DNA of 64,000 nucleotides from Octopus sinensis (lineage: Eukaryota), in contig NC_043017.1 in assembly GCF_006345805.1 (NCBI RefSeq), positions 4,836,001-4,900,000 on the forward strand. Direction: 5' to 3'. The position numbers and the translations under genes are program-made. Shown here one piece after another: positions 1-13,116 of this stretch. Position 1 is the stretch's first letter. Each line of letters opens with the position of its first letter. Below the pieces are notes generated by a model. That model had not been told where the DNA came from and searched no databases. It saw only the letters and a program-made list of their open reading frames with translations.

Positions 1-380
1 ATATATATATATGCCTTTCATTGATGATGCTATAATCCATGTTATTTCATATATTTCAGCAATAATTCTTCTGGTAAAGAGTTGATGAAACAATTGCTTT
101 ATTATGCAATGAAATGTGTTACTCACTCCATTCTTCTTGTTAATATTTATATAAACTCTACAGATATTCATGGATTTTCATATGTATCTTCAGTAAAATG
201 ACCAATTTTCTTCATAAAATTCTATCTGATACTCAATACCTGTTGTATTTCCTTTCTAAAGCAAACTACAAGGTTAATACCTAAATTAAATTGAGATATA
301 GAATATATATATATATATTATATATATGAAGGACTTCCATAGATTTTGTGCTTACCAAATTCCATTTATAAGGCTACCTG

Positions 381-609
381 TTTCTTTACTACCCACAAGG
401 GGCTAAACACAGAGAGGACAAACAAGAACAGACAAACCGATTAAGTCGATTATATCGACTCCAGTGCGTAACTGGTACTAAATTTATCGACCCCAAAAGG
501 ATGAAAGGCAAAGTCGACCTCAGCGGAATTTGAACTCAGAACATAACGACAGACGAAATACAGCTACGCATTTCGTCTGGTGTGCTAACGATTCTGCCAG
601 CTCGCCGCC
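381..609 (-). mobile_element. tRNA-headed SINE, family B short form, with 16-bp target-site duplication
   Basis: On the minus strand: head AAGGCGGCGAGCTGGCAGAATCGTTAGC, B-box-like GAGTTCAAAT, 3' end CCCCTTGTGGGTAGTAAAGAAA. Flanked by TTTATAAGGCTACCTG at 365-380 and 610-625. Inserted in a decayed family A SINE (about 320-730). Confidence 0.9.
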
Positions 610-734
610 TTTATAAGGCTACCTGTCAAACTGAAGCTATTATAGAAGGCACTTGCTTAAATTGCTGTGCAGTGGGATCAAATCTGGAACCAAATACTTG
701 TGAACCAAACTATTTAACCTTGCAGTTAGATTAT

Positions 735-975
735 CAACCAACCATTTCCCCATTTCCAAATCATGAGCCATACATTTCTACACCAACAACCATATATTTC
801 CATACAATCAGCCACACATTTCCACATTATCGGCAATGCATTTGTGCATTATCAACCACATATTTCTGCATTATCAACCATGCATTTCTATATTATTAGC
901 CACCCTTTTCCACGTTATCAGCCACTCTTTTCCACATGATCAAAACCAAATATTTCCACATTATCAACTACTTCC
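735..975. repeat. Degenerate ~21-22 bp minisatellite (ATTATCAACCACATATTTCCAC-like)
   Basis: About 10 imperfect repeats of ttatca(a/g)ccac...tttccac are visible by eye. Confidence 0.7.
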
Positions 976-1540
976 TTCTGACTGTTAACTTAATTTTCCA
1001 TGTTGTAATTCTTCTCTCTTTACACTCTACATTCAAATTACAAACCATGAGTTCAAACCCAACCTTAGCATATGTTTAATTGATGTTTCCACCCCAGGCT
1101 GGCCTTCACTGAACAGATTCATGTGTAGTGTGCCATGTTTTTTCAGCAACAGCAAGAAGTGACTTGGAGGGAATTTGGTTGCTATTTCTAGTCTCTGAGA
1201 GTTTGTCAAGGCCCCAGACACATCCCTTTCTGGCAGATCAATTCATTTAATTCAAAATGAGAAACTAAAAATCATAAACTATAAATTTTTCTAATTAAAA
1301 ATTTTTAGTTAACCAGATATTAATGTGTAATTTAGATGAAAGGAATCAGTGCACACTTCATGTATAGAACTTATTTATGATCAAAATGGTATTGACTGTA
1401 ATTAATCACCTCTTAAACTAATTATTAATTAATTAATAGTCTGAAGTTACTCAGAATGTACATTTTAAAAACCTGGTTGTTCCTATTAAAATATATTGAA
1501 TTTACACCTATTGGGACATACAGTGTATACACATCTATCC

Positions 1541-1935
<395 letters not shown>

Positions 1936-2030
1936 GGTGAGGCATCCAGGAAGGGCATCCAGCCATGCAAAGCCTGCTTGAAGGGATTCTGATTGGCCCA
2001 TGTAAACGTGAAAAATTGGATGTTAGAATA

Positions 2031-2335
2031 CATATACATTTATGTACATATATTTAGATTCAGGCACACATCATAGAGAGATTGAAAATGCACACATACA
2101 TACATATATACATATGTGTATGTGCGTGAGTGTTTGTATATATACATGTATGTGTGTATGTATGTGTGTATATATGTGTATATGTGTATATATATGCATG
2201 TGTTTGTGTATATATATATGTGTGTGTGTATGTGTGTATGTATATATATGTGTGTGTGTGTATGTATATATATGTATATATGTGTATGTATATATATGTG
2301 TGTGTATATATATGAGTGAATGTGTGTAGATGAGT
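2031..2335. repeat. Compound (TA)/(TG)/(TATG) microsatellite
   Basis: Direct reading. Confidence 0.95.
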
Positions 2336-2639
2336 GAATAAATGGCACATACATTTACACACAGCGAAAGCTTTATATTAAAAACAGAATCTGGATGTTC
2401 TCCAGATGAGAAATGAGTTTATTAATAAGCAAAAGAGTGCATTGTTACAATGTGATAGGTTTTAAGTGGATTAATAATAATGATAATAATAATAATAATG
2501 ATGATGGGAATAATAAGAATAATGTCAATAATAACAATAATATTAATAATGATTTCTTTTGTATTTCAATAATGATAACAATGTTTTTACCTGAAGGTGG
2601 CAAAAATAGAAATTGTTTAACTTTCAGTGTATTGTTATG

Positions 2640-2875
2640 AGAATTGTTGTTGCACGTGGTGGTGGCGTTGTTAGTGGTGGCTGCAGTGACAGTTCTGTTG
2701 GTGGGGGAATGATGGTGGTGGAGGTGGTGGTCTCGGAAGCGACGGTGTTGGTGGTAACAGTGGTGATACAGGTGGTCGTAACGATGGTGTCAGAGTCAGG
2801 TGGTGGTGGTGATAGTAGTAGTAGAAGTAGCGGTGGAAGTGGTGGTGGTGGTTGTAGTAGCAATAGTGGCCAACC
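2640..2875. repeat. (GGT)n-rich low-complexity tract
   Basis: Direct reading; explains the V/G-rich and P/T-rich ORFs. Confidence 0.85.
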
Positions 2876-3291
2876 CCCTCTTCACCCCCCTCCCGCCCCC
2901 CTTCGTGCCTTCCTCTTCCATTTGCTATATTCTATTTCATTGTATTATTATCGTTCATTTTCTTAAGATGTCCACTTGAAATCTCCTCAATGACCCTTGA
3001 AAATGTAAAATATAAAATTAACACTCGTACTTCTTCCTCTTCTTCCTCGGAAGACTTTTAGTTATTGCTGTTGTTTTTATTATTATTATTATTGTTTTTA
3101 TTATTATTATTATTATCATCTTCATTGTTGTTGTAGTTGTTATTACTCAGCAAATATACATAAAGCACTTGTCTCTTTGTATCTACATTGACAGTTGTAT
3201 TGTTAGAAGCCAATCTAACGTGTGTATATGTCTGTATACCTAATATATAAATATATATATATGTGTGTGTGTGTGTGCGTGTACTTATATC

Positions 3292-3322
<31 letters not shown>

Positions 3323-3332
3323 GTTGTTACAA

Positions 3333-4005
3333 TTAAGGTGGTGAGCTGGCAGAATCATTACCACTCCGGGCAAAATGCTTGGTAGCATTTCATCTGCTGC
3401 TATGTTCTGAGTTCAAATTCTGCCGAGGTCGACTTTGCCTTTCGTCCTTTCGGGATCGATAAAATAAGCACCAGTCACGCACTGGGGTTGATGTAATTGA
3501 CTGCTCCCCTCCCCCAAAATTCCAGGCTTTCAGGCTGAGTATTTTGGATGATTTCCAAAATTCTTTGGCTTAGCAGTGTTACAGGAGGTGAATGTTGTTT
3601 TGGTGGTGGCTTTGTCTTTTCAAAATAAAAACTTTGGAGCCACCAGCTACAGAACCTGTCCAAGATAGGCAACAAGATGACAAAACCGCCTGGCACCACA
3701 CACAATCCTTAGGTAACTTGCTTGTGGATTTATGCCAAACAGGTATTATTGTGCACAGGACGGATTCATCCACCGGCCTATCGTTAACAAGAAGAAGAAT
3801 CATCATTGTTCTTTCTTATTTTGGTACAAGGCCAGCAATCTTGGTGGGGATGTTGATCACATTGATCCCTTGACCCCTTAGTGTTCAGTTGGTACTTATT
3901 TCATTGACTCAAAGAATGAATGGCAAAGTCAACCTTGGCAGAATTTGAACTCAGAACATAAACATGGATGAATGTTCCCTAAGCATTTTGCCTGGCATGA
4001 TGATG

Positions 4006-4038
<33 letters not shown>

Positions 4039-4540
4039 CTTTCTACTAAAGGCACAAGGCCTGAACTTTTGAGGAAGAGGATTAGTTGATTACATCAACC
4101 CCAACCCCAGTGTTTCACTGGTACTTAATTTATTGACCTCAAAAGGGTGAAAGACTAAGTTGACCTCAGTGGAATTTGAACTCGGAATGTAACGGCAGAT
4201 GAAATACCTATTTCTTTACTATCCACAAGGGGTTAAACACAGAGAGGACAAACAAGGACACAAACGGATTAAGTTGATTATATTGACCCCAGTGCATAAC
4301 TGGTACATAATTTATCAACCCTGAAAGGATGAAAGGCAAAGTCTACCTCGGCGGAATTTGAACTCAGAACGTAATGGCAGACGAAATACTGCTAAGCATT
4401 TCGCCCGGCGTGCTAACGGTTCTGCCAGTTCACCGCCTTAGATACTTAATTTATTGACTCTGAAAGGATGAAAGGCAAAGCCGATCACTAGGGATTTTGC
4501 CCAGCATGTTAATGGGTCTCTGCCAGCTTGCTGTCTTAAT
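3333..4540. mobile_element. Cluster of family B SINEs (one +, several -, including a dimeric copy at about 4040-4440) separated by (AAT)n
   Basis: Repeated GAGTTCAAATTC...GGTCGACTTTGCCTTTCATCCTTTCGGGGTCGATAAA core in both orientations. Confidence 0.85.
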
Positions 4541-4604
4541 AATAATAATAGGAATAAGAATAATAACAATAATAATAATAACTATTGTATTAATAAGATA
4601 TTAA

Positions 4605-4960
4605 GGCTTGTCCAAACTGACAAAGAGATCAAGAGAAACCATTCACACATAACGAAGGACTGGAAATCAAAGACATGCACAGTGATAGATTCACAGTCAT
4701 TTCTGGTGAAATTATTGCTTGTAAAGAATTGGAAAACTATCAGAATACAAAGAACTTGGAATTGAAATATTTAAGATGTTCGATGGAATATTGAAATAAG
4801 ATCTTGAAATATTCAAAATGTTAGAATTGAAATATTGAAGATGGGACCGTAAGGTTGAAAATAATATTGATAGTAATTGAAGGTTTAGATACGATGGAGG
4901 GGAAAAAATATGAAAAGAAGCGTGGAAGCCATAGCAGGACTCACCTCATTACACATTATT
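4605..4960 (+). pseudogene. Decayed C-terminal restriction-like endonuclease (RLE) region of an R4/Dong-type non-LTR retrotransposon
   Basis: With two frameshifts reads VQTDKEIKRNHSHITKDWKSKTCTVID/FTVISGEIIACKELE/KLSEYKELGIEIFKM, matching the R4-clade pattern QTDKEIKANRPDIVxKD..KTCxxID...KLSKYKDLEIEI. Directly follows an (AAT)n tract. Confidence 0.65.
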
Positions 4961-5189
4961 ATATAGCTTGTGTTTTATGTGAAAATTGATCCATTTATCA
5001 GCAATGTTTGTGATGACAGAATGGCTGCTGCCACCACTACCACCCCCACCCCCACCACCATTTTTTGGGCAACAAAGAGTTCGTAGTTTTTCTCTTCCCG
5101 GTGGCTGTGGCTAAGAATGTTTTATGGTGGATGTAAAAGTTTGAGGGCAGAAATGTTCTACTCAAGTTCAACTGAAGATTGAAGATTTG

Positions 5190-5352
5190 ATCTGTGCAGC
5201 TGGAACCGCGAATGGCTTGCTATCTCCAGTGACCTCGCAAAGGAACCGTTGATCGTGGGCTGCCATGGTTCACGATGCCGTTAGGACCAGAGAAGAAGCC
5301 GTCTCAACCCGCCCTGGGTGAATGCTGTCACAAGTACAAGTAAGTAAAGTAC
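5190..5352 (+). pseudogene. 3' end of an RTE-clade LINE (distinct lineage) with CAAGTA-type tail
   Basis: Reads WNREWLAISSDLAK/SWAAMVHDAVRTREEAVSTRPG* followed by ATGCTGTCACAAGTACAAGTAAGTAAAGTA. The ...STRPG* end plus (CAAGTA) tail is a recalled RTE terminus. Confidence 0.65.
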
Positions 5353-5454
5353 TCAAGTTCAACCCTCTCTAACTGCTTCAAGTACCACTATCGGAGGAAG
5401 TAAGTTTAAAGAGGAAGGTGGTGTCCCATCTCTTTGAGGAAATTTAAAAAAAGG

Positions 5455-5820
5455 ACAAGTGAGAATGATGAGGCATATTTTCTACGACCAGACGCTTTTC
5501 CTGTTGCCAATCCTCATCTGTCTCCAAGCGAAGTAATACTTCCTCATGGACAACTGGAAAGAGATAACTTTACTCGTATGATGGTGATGCTCATTTACGA
5601 CCATGATATGATGTCAAAAAGATGCTGTACACAAACACATACATATAACAAATACACATATACACACACACACAATGGGCTTCTTTCAGTTTTCTTCTAA
5701 ATCCATTTGCAAGGCTGTGGTCAGCCTAGGGTTATAGTAGAAGACGTCTGTCTTGTGTGTCCTGCAGTGGAACTGAACCCAAGACCACATGGTTGGAAAG
5801 CAAGCTTCTTGATCACACGT
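5455..5820 (-). mobile_element. Fragment of an RTE-tailed non-autonomous repeat (family G) followed by a family A SINE fragment
   Basis: Matches the copies at 36270-36520, 45505-45690, 46030-46255, 56420-56670 and 60340-60570 (TTGCCAACCCTCACCTGTTTCCAAG core). Confidence 0.7.
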
Positions 5821-6077
5821 CTATCAAAGTCCAAGACACCTTGGGCAAAAGGTCTTCTTATTCGGTTGGTGCATAATTATTGCAGCTTTTTTTCAACAAA
5901 TTTTATTCAACAAAAACAATAACAACATTTAACAATAACAATAAATGATGGTCTGACCGTCTGCCAAGCAAATGGGAAGCAGTAATTGAAGGACATGGTG
6001 AATATGATCCGAAATAGTCATTTAAAGATGTTTTTGTTAAATGTTGTTTTCCATGAATTTTTCATGGGTCCAGCTAG

Positions 6078-6139
<62 letters not shown>

Positions 6140-6960
6140 GTTGGTAAGCTGGCAGAATTCTTAGCAGGTGGGGCAAAATGCTTAGCGGCATTTTGTTCTT
6201 CTTCATGTTCTGAGTTCGAATTCTGCTGAGGTTGACTTCGCCTTTCATCCTTTTCGGGTCAATAAAATAAGTAGCAGTTGAGTACTGGGGTTGATGTAAT
6301 CAACTGTTCCCCTCCCTTGAGCATGCTGGCCTTGTACCAAAATTTGAAATCATTATTATCATCATCATCATTATTATTATTATTAATATTATTAAGGTGG
6401 GGAGGTGGCAGAATCGTTAGCACACTGGGCGAAATGCTTAGCAGTATTTCATCTGCCGCTATGTTCCGAGTTCAAATTCCACCGAGGTCGACTTTGCCTT
6501 TCGTCCTTGTGGGGTTGATAAATTAAGTACCAGTTGCATACTAAGGTTGATCAAATCAACTGTCCTCCTCCCCCCCCAAATTTCAGGCCTTGTGCCTATT
6601 GTAGAAAGGATTATTATTATTATTAATATTATTACGGCGGCGAGCTCACAGAATCGTTAGCACACTGAATGAAATGCTTAGAGGTATTTCATCTGTTTCT
6701 ATGTTCTGAGTTCAAATATCGCCGAGGCCTACTTCACCTTTCATCCTTTCGGGGTCGATAGATTAAGTACCAGTTGCTGGTATCTATTTGCTGCCCTTGA
6801 GGCAAAATTTGAAACCATTATTATTATTATTGTCAATATTGATTTTGCCATTCATCCTTTTGGGGGTTCGATAAATTTAGCACCAGTCAAGTACCAGGGT
6901 CGATGTAATCAACTCCCCACCACCCATCAGGAATTGCTGGCCTTGTACCAAAAATTAAAA
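6140..6960 (+). mobile_element. Head-to-tail array of about 4 family B SINEs separated by (ATT)n tails
   Basis: Four successive heads (GGCAGAATCGTTAGC-like) and cores on the same strand. Confidence 0.85.
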
Positions 6961-7714
6961 GAATTCTTATTATTGTAACGAGAAAATGGTTGATTAATGA
7001 TGAAAGTGTCAGTAATGATTGTTTTCTCAATAATCATGTTATGGAAGGCAGTGTGGACAAAAATTTTTTCATTTTGAAAACAGTTTAAATATTTTCTTTG
7101 AATTTTTCTTCTTTTTTTTTGGTTTTTCTCATTCTTTCTCTTTCTCCTGTAAATCACATCCATACACGATATGTTTTCATAATTAGCCTGATGGCTACTA
7201 ACATTTATTTCAAGAGAAATGGTATTTCCATCCACAGACACACCTTGGATATTCATCTTCTCAGACTTTGATCAATATTTCCCTAAGGAAAATAAGAAAT
7301 GCTATTCTTGAAAAATGTCAAGACAGTCAAAGAAAAAAAAAAGAAAAAGAAAAGAAAAACACACACAACCCCCCCCCCCAAAAAAAAAACAAATAAAAGT
7401 TAAATCTGATTTTTTGCTAATTGACTTGTGAAGATTTTTTTTCCATTTCCTTTTCATGTTTAATTAATTAATTAATTAATCGACTTATTTTCATGCCATG
7501 GTTCGTTAAGGAGTTTTCCAGAGATGTAAGAACTGTTTAGTGGTGGAGGTTCTTCACGTAACTCTATATAAACAAACCGGTGAAGGAAATCTGTTTTATT
7601 GACAGTATATAGCCCCGGGTCAACTCTGATTGAGCAGACATTTGATGAAAGGCATTCCAACCATGAGCCTCCCATCGGTAACAGGTTGGGTATTGTCCAG
7701 GATTAGATAATATA

Positions 7715-8012
7715 TATAATCCAACCTTGCCTTTTCTCTTTTATTACTAAGGATGGTGGAGTAATATGAGGGACAGTTGTCAAGTGATGCTGGGGAGACA
7801 AACACAGACATGCAAACATACACACACACACACATATACATATATACGACATGCTTCTTTCAGTTTCCGTCTACTAAATCCACTCACAAGGCTTTGGTCA
7901 GCCGAAAGCCATAGTAGAAGACACTTGCCCAATGTTCCACGCAGTGGGACTGAACCCGGAACCATGTGGTTGGTAAGCAAGCTACTTACCACACAGCTAC
8001 TTCTGTGCCTAA
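7715..8012 (-). mobile_element. Family A SINE
   Basis: Reverse complement of the head and body of the 8541-8953 copy. Confidence 0.88.
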
Positions 8013-8440
8013 GTATGCTCACTTAGATATACTCACAGCTATACATCATTATACATCATTATATATCATTATACATACATGTTAAAAGCAAAGTATAGAG
8101 ATAACAGGTGTGGCCAACGGTAGTAGAATTTGTATTTATTGGTAAAAAATCTCTTAAGTTTGTGGAGTTTTTGGAAGAAGAATTTTGGAGATTTCAAACA
8201 AAGAAGCAAAAAACAGGATAATTCTTCATTCTGATTCCATGATAGTATGGACAATCTTTCAAAGACTTAGGACAACAGAAACTAATTTCTTTCCTCTCTT
8301 ACACTCTGAAGATGAAACTTGTCCAAAACATTGTAAACCCTTTTCTCGGTGGTAAGACAATCTGAAAAAGGGTTACTCTTTATATGCACTTCCTCTTTCT
8401 TTCTTTCTCTCTTTTTCTCTCTCTGTTCCTTTCCCTCATT

Positions 8441-8497
<57 letters not shown>

Positions 8498-8540
8498 ATA
8501 TATATATATATATATATAATATATATATATATAATATATT

Positions 8541-8953
8541 TAGGAGTGGGTGTGTGGTAAGTAGCTTGCTAACCAACCACATGGTTCTGGGTTCAGTCCC
8601 ACTGCGTGGCATCTTGGGCAAGTGTCTTCTGCTATAGATTCGGGCCGACCAATGCCTTGAGTGGATTTGGTAGACGGAAACTGAAAGAAGCCCGTTGTAT
8701 ATATGTATATATATATATAAATATATATATATGTGCGTGTGTGTTTGTGTGTCTGTGTTTGTCTCCCTAGCATTGCTTGACAACCGATGCTGGTGTGTTT
8801 ATGTCCCCGTCACTTAGTGGTTCGGCAAATGAGACCGATAGAATAAGTACTGGGCTTACAAAAGAATAAGTCCGGGGTCGAGTTGCTCGATTAAAGGCGG
8901 TGCTCCAGCATGGCCGCAGTCAAATGACTGAAACAAGTAAAAGAGTAAAAGAG
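8541..8953 (+). mobile_element. Full-length, young family A SINE
   Basis: Head GGAGTGGGTGTGTGGTAAG...GGTTCAGTCCCACTGCG, central (TA)(TG)n, 3' end GCATGGCCGCAGTCAAATGACTGAAACAAGTAAAAGAGTAAAAGAGT; many CpGs retained. Confidence 0.92.
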
Positions 8954-8984
<31 letters not shown>

Positions 8985-9936
8985 TTTTTATCTGTTTCTC
9001 TCTTTTACTTTTTTCCCTCCTTTTCTCTTACTCTACTGCATATCTAGCCATCTCTCTCTTCATCCACCCATCTATCCATCTGTCTGTCTGTCTGTCTTCC
9101 ACTCACTCTCTCTCTACACACACACACACACACCCCTATACAAACATAAATAGATGACTTTGTGTGTAATTAATTCTCCCACCCCACTTCCTCAATTGAC
9201 CTTCATTAAGACAATGTTTAGTTAAAAATAACAACCACATCATTTAATCACAGTCATTACACGGTCCATTTTACAAGCTCATTCTCTCTCCCTCCCTCTC
9301 TCTTTTCCCCTCTCTCATACACACTCACACATATACATACATATACACATTGGTGTGTGGGTTTTAAGATAACAAGCAATTATTTTAACGAAGATGACAA
9401 TGATCAAATCAAACATTTTTACAAACATTTGATGAGATTAGTTGCAAAAATCACACCATTCCTTCATTAGTCTTGTTTCTTGTGGTCTTATTCCTCAGTT
9501 TTCGTTCTTTATCTTCTTATTGCTCCTGTTACGAAGATAATCCATTTATAGAGTTATCTATTCAGATAATATAACTCGGAGCATATTTATTCTGCTTTAA
9601 ATGATATCCATTCAAGTGATGATTAAATATTTAAGGCTAGGAAATCATAAAAGTGTGTGTATATATTTTAAATTGGGTATAGATTGTTTGCTTGGCTGAC
9701 TACACATCTGGGTCGGGAAACCTGTGCTTTTTTAAATATTTGTCTGCAATTGAAGATGGTGTTTTTCTGGTTTTTGTTTTCTTTTTTTTGCATGTACACA
9801 TTTTGAGCTGCATTATTATATTTCTCTGCCAGACATATGTTGCATCTTAGTGATCAATGAGAATGGCTGTCACTGACCTATGAGTCATTGCATTATTCTA
9901 AGAAGGTTGTTATGACAAAATCTTTTACTTTTGAAA

Positions 9937-10292
9937 TCTCTCTCTATATCTATAAAGCTGAAGTTGTCTGTGTGTGGCAGGTTTGGTAGCCTTCAACTAA
10001 CACTATCTCCTCCGAGATCTTGCGGTGCAAGTTGACCAAAGTTGAGAGTATGATAGAAGAAGGCTTGCTCTTCCTTCCTTAGAAGAAAAAATTCAAATCG
10101 GCCCATGTTAACACCAAAAATTATTTACATCAAAAAGGTGTTTTTTGACTGCTGTGTTGCCATTTTTCGGTGTATTTCAACCAGAAAAATGTTCACTTAA
10201 AGAGAATAACAAGCTACATAATGCAAAATTTTCAAAAATTCTAATTCTAAAGGGTCGAATCAAACCCGAGCAACGCCGGACTATACTGCTAG
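9937..10292 (+). mobile_element. Non-autonomous Helitron (356 bp)
   Basis: 5' TC start (TCTCTCTCTATATCTATAAAG), subterminal GC hairpin CCCGAGCAACGCCGG at 10265-10279, 3' CTAG at 10289-92, inserted between A (9936) and T (10293) with no TSD. Confidence 0.85.
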
Positions 10293-10895
10293 TATTTGAT
10301 AAAACCTAATATGTTCATCAATAAGAAGGAATATAGGAATAAGGTCACAATGCAACATTTACCGTAAGCAAAAGCCACAACAAAAAACATATCAAATAGT
10401 TATTTTATTAAAGTTTTTGGAAAATTATAAATAGTGCCTATATATAAATTGTATATAATGATTACATGTATAACTGACCAGATAACAGAAGTGAAGAGAA
10501 AGGTGTTTAATCCATTAGTTGACAGCTGTTTCGTTAGTTGATAGCTGTGTTAGTTACATAAGTGATACTACATCATCTGTCACACATATAGAAGTGAATA
10601 TACATATGAAACTTATACATGGACACCCATAAATATAATTGTGCCATTACATAACCAGACAATACTTCAGAAATTTTCATGCTAGGTTAGCACCATACTC
10701 TGTTATAACTAGCAAATAATTTCCTTATATAGCCACGGACAATAAATGTATTTGGCAGACTTTACAAGTGCCTGAATTAGATACATGTTTGGTGCAGACA
10801 GCTGGGCAGTTCAAAAGCTTACTTCTCAAATTTGTGGGTTGGTTTGGGTCTGAGTTTCACCCTGCAGTGCATTGTACAAATATGTATATACATGT

Positions 10896-10933
<38 letters not shown>

Positions 10934-11109
10934 GTGACGCCCACATACTTATAAAAAGGAGCAATTAAATACATTGTGTAATGCCATATGTTACCATCGC
11001 ACTGCTGTCGGTCAGTTACCTTGAATCAATGACGGTATATTTGTGTTGAAATATAAACTTGCATAGATGCTGTCTTGACGACAAATAAAAACTCTCTGAA
11101 TAATTATAA

Positions 11110-11620
11110 TAATTATTTCTTTTATTAGCCACAAGGGCTTACATAAAACAACATAAAATGATGTGACACAGCATAAAAGACAACACAAGATGAGACAAAG
11201 GGTTTTACTGCGTGTAAACATTTGAAAACAATACAAAAATTAAACAACATGAATCTCCCAATAGGTGGGGAGGTGCTTTAAAGGTCCTTGTGGAAAAGCC
11301 CACAAAAGCCATGGGTGCCTGATCAACAGGGCAAGAGCCCTTCTCCTTTTATTTCTTCACAGGTGTACACTCAGAATTGGTCCTTTCACACTGGCCATTC
11401 TTCCAACATTCACCCACCTTTCAATAAACTTGCTACAAGGCTACACTTTCCTTCCCACCCCCAATTTCCTCTTAAAGTGAAACTTGAAGAAGTTGATGAG
11501 GGTTTGGCCAAAGAGGAAAGTGTCTGACTTTAGCCCTTTCAGACAAGTCCATCATAGTATCTCTTTCGCTACAGCTGCTAGCCAAATAAAAATTGCCTGC
11601 CCCTCCTGGCCAAAGGAGGG
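11110..11620 (-). pseudogene. 3' end of an L1/Tx1-like LINE (ORF2 C-terminus plus 3' UTR)
   Basis: Minus strand reads AVAKEIL*WTCLKGLKSDTFLFGQTLINFFKFHFKRKLGVGRKV*PCSKFIERWVNVGRMASVKGPILSVHL*, then a T-rich UTR ending AGCCCTTGTGGCTAATAAAAGAAAT plus (ATT)n. Clade assignment is from recall. Confidence 0.6.
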
Positions 11621-11844
11621 TGGCAGGGCAATCTTCACTACAGACACAAAGCCTAAAATTTGGGAGGTTATTCAATTACATTGACCCCAGTTCATGAAGT
11701 CATAAGAATTTTTATAAGCTTTGAGCGAATGTGCAATAATTCTTTCTTGGAATGGGGAAACTTGAAACAGATAAAGCTATAAATAATGGGCTAAAAAAAA
11801 ACTCCTCTGCGTAAATGAATAAAAGTCACTTGTGTTTGTTCCAC

Positions 11845-12262
11845 CTCATCATTTGACAACTGGTGTTTGTTTGTTTATATCTCTGTAACCTAGCAGTTTG
11901 GCAAAGAACACTGATAAAATAAGCTTCAGACATGTAAAAAAGAATCAGTACTAGGGTTGATTTGCTGAACTAAAACCCATTCAAAGTGGTGCTCCAGCAT
12001 GGCCACAGACCAATGGCTGAAACAAGTAAAATACAGGAGACAAGATATATTTTTTTGTACTCTAGGCACAAGGCCCAAAATTTTTGGGGAGGGGCCAGTT
12101 GACTAGATTGGCCCCAGTATGCAACTGGTACTTAATTTATCGACCCTGAAAGGATGAAAGGAAAAGTTGACCCCAGTAGAATTTGAACTCAGAACATAAA
12201 GACAGATGAAATATCGCTAAGCATTTTGCCCACTGTGTTAACGTTTCCGCCAGCTCGCTGCC
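11845..12262. mobile_element. 3' half of a family A SINE (+) followed by a family B SINE (-)
   Basis: Sequence identity to the other copies. Confidence 0.8.
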
Positions 12263-12484
12263 TTGGAGACAAGATATATTAGACCCTGGGTTAGAATGGT
12301 GTGTGTGTGTGTGGGGTGGGGCTAAGGGTTGTGATGGGAAGCTGTATGATGTAAAGTTATGTGTGATGTATTGGAAGCATTTAGTAATAATGTGTGAAAG
12401 CATATAATATGTATAGAGACTTGAAAAGGAATTGCCAGTTCTATGGAGAATATAATGGTTTGATATCGTGATTTGTGAGTTACA

Positions 12485-12731
12485 CAACACACACATATAT
12501 ATATATATATTCATGCATTCATACATATATTTATACAAATATATATATATATAATATATATATATATAATATATATATATATGTACATACACACACATAT
12601 ATACATATTCACACACACACACATATATGTATATATATATATTTATATGTACACACACATATATATACACACATACATAAATATATATATATATACATAC
12701 ACACACACATATATACATATACACATATCTA

Positions 12732-12767
<36 letters not shown>

Positions 12768-13116
12768 TATATACACATACATATATATATATATACATAC
12801 ATACATATATATATATACACACATACATACATATATATATATCTTATACACACACATATACACAAAAATATATGAAAGTGCATAGTGGTTTGATGTTGTG
12901 ATTTGTAAATTATACAATACTTAATCATAAATATGTATGTAAAAAAAAATATATATATATATGTATGGGTTGGTTATCATTGATATTGTCAGTTATGAAT
13001 TATACAATGTCTATGCACACACACACACAAAACGTGTATATATGTGTGTAATAGTATGAATGTAAATTTGTGTGTGTGTTTGTGTGTCAATTTGTGTGTA
13101 TTGTATATACATATGC

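Noticed and set aside
45-100. Minus-strand peptide INSLPEELLLKY resembling an F-box start
   Set aside because: Bounded by stops within a few codons, no splice sites; likely chance.
3592-3873. 93-aa ORF with phase-1 donor-like sites (TTAG|GTAACT, ACAG|GTATTA) that could splice to exon A
   Set aside because: Poor acceptor and no resemblance to the expected RasGAP N-terminus; unsupported without RNA-seq.
5200-5340. Apparent exon (CAG| ... |GTAAGT)
   Set aside because: All three frames contain stops; explained as an RTE 3' end whose CAAGTA tail mimics a donor.
6927-7256. 109-aa minus-strand ORF
   Set aside because: Spans A/T homopolymers and a SINE tail; the nearby acceptor-like site leads to stops in all frames.
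8296-8340. CTGAAGA...AAAC hammerhead-like motif
   Set aside because: Helix I and II pairing could not be drawn; at most a decayed relic.
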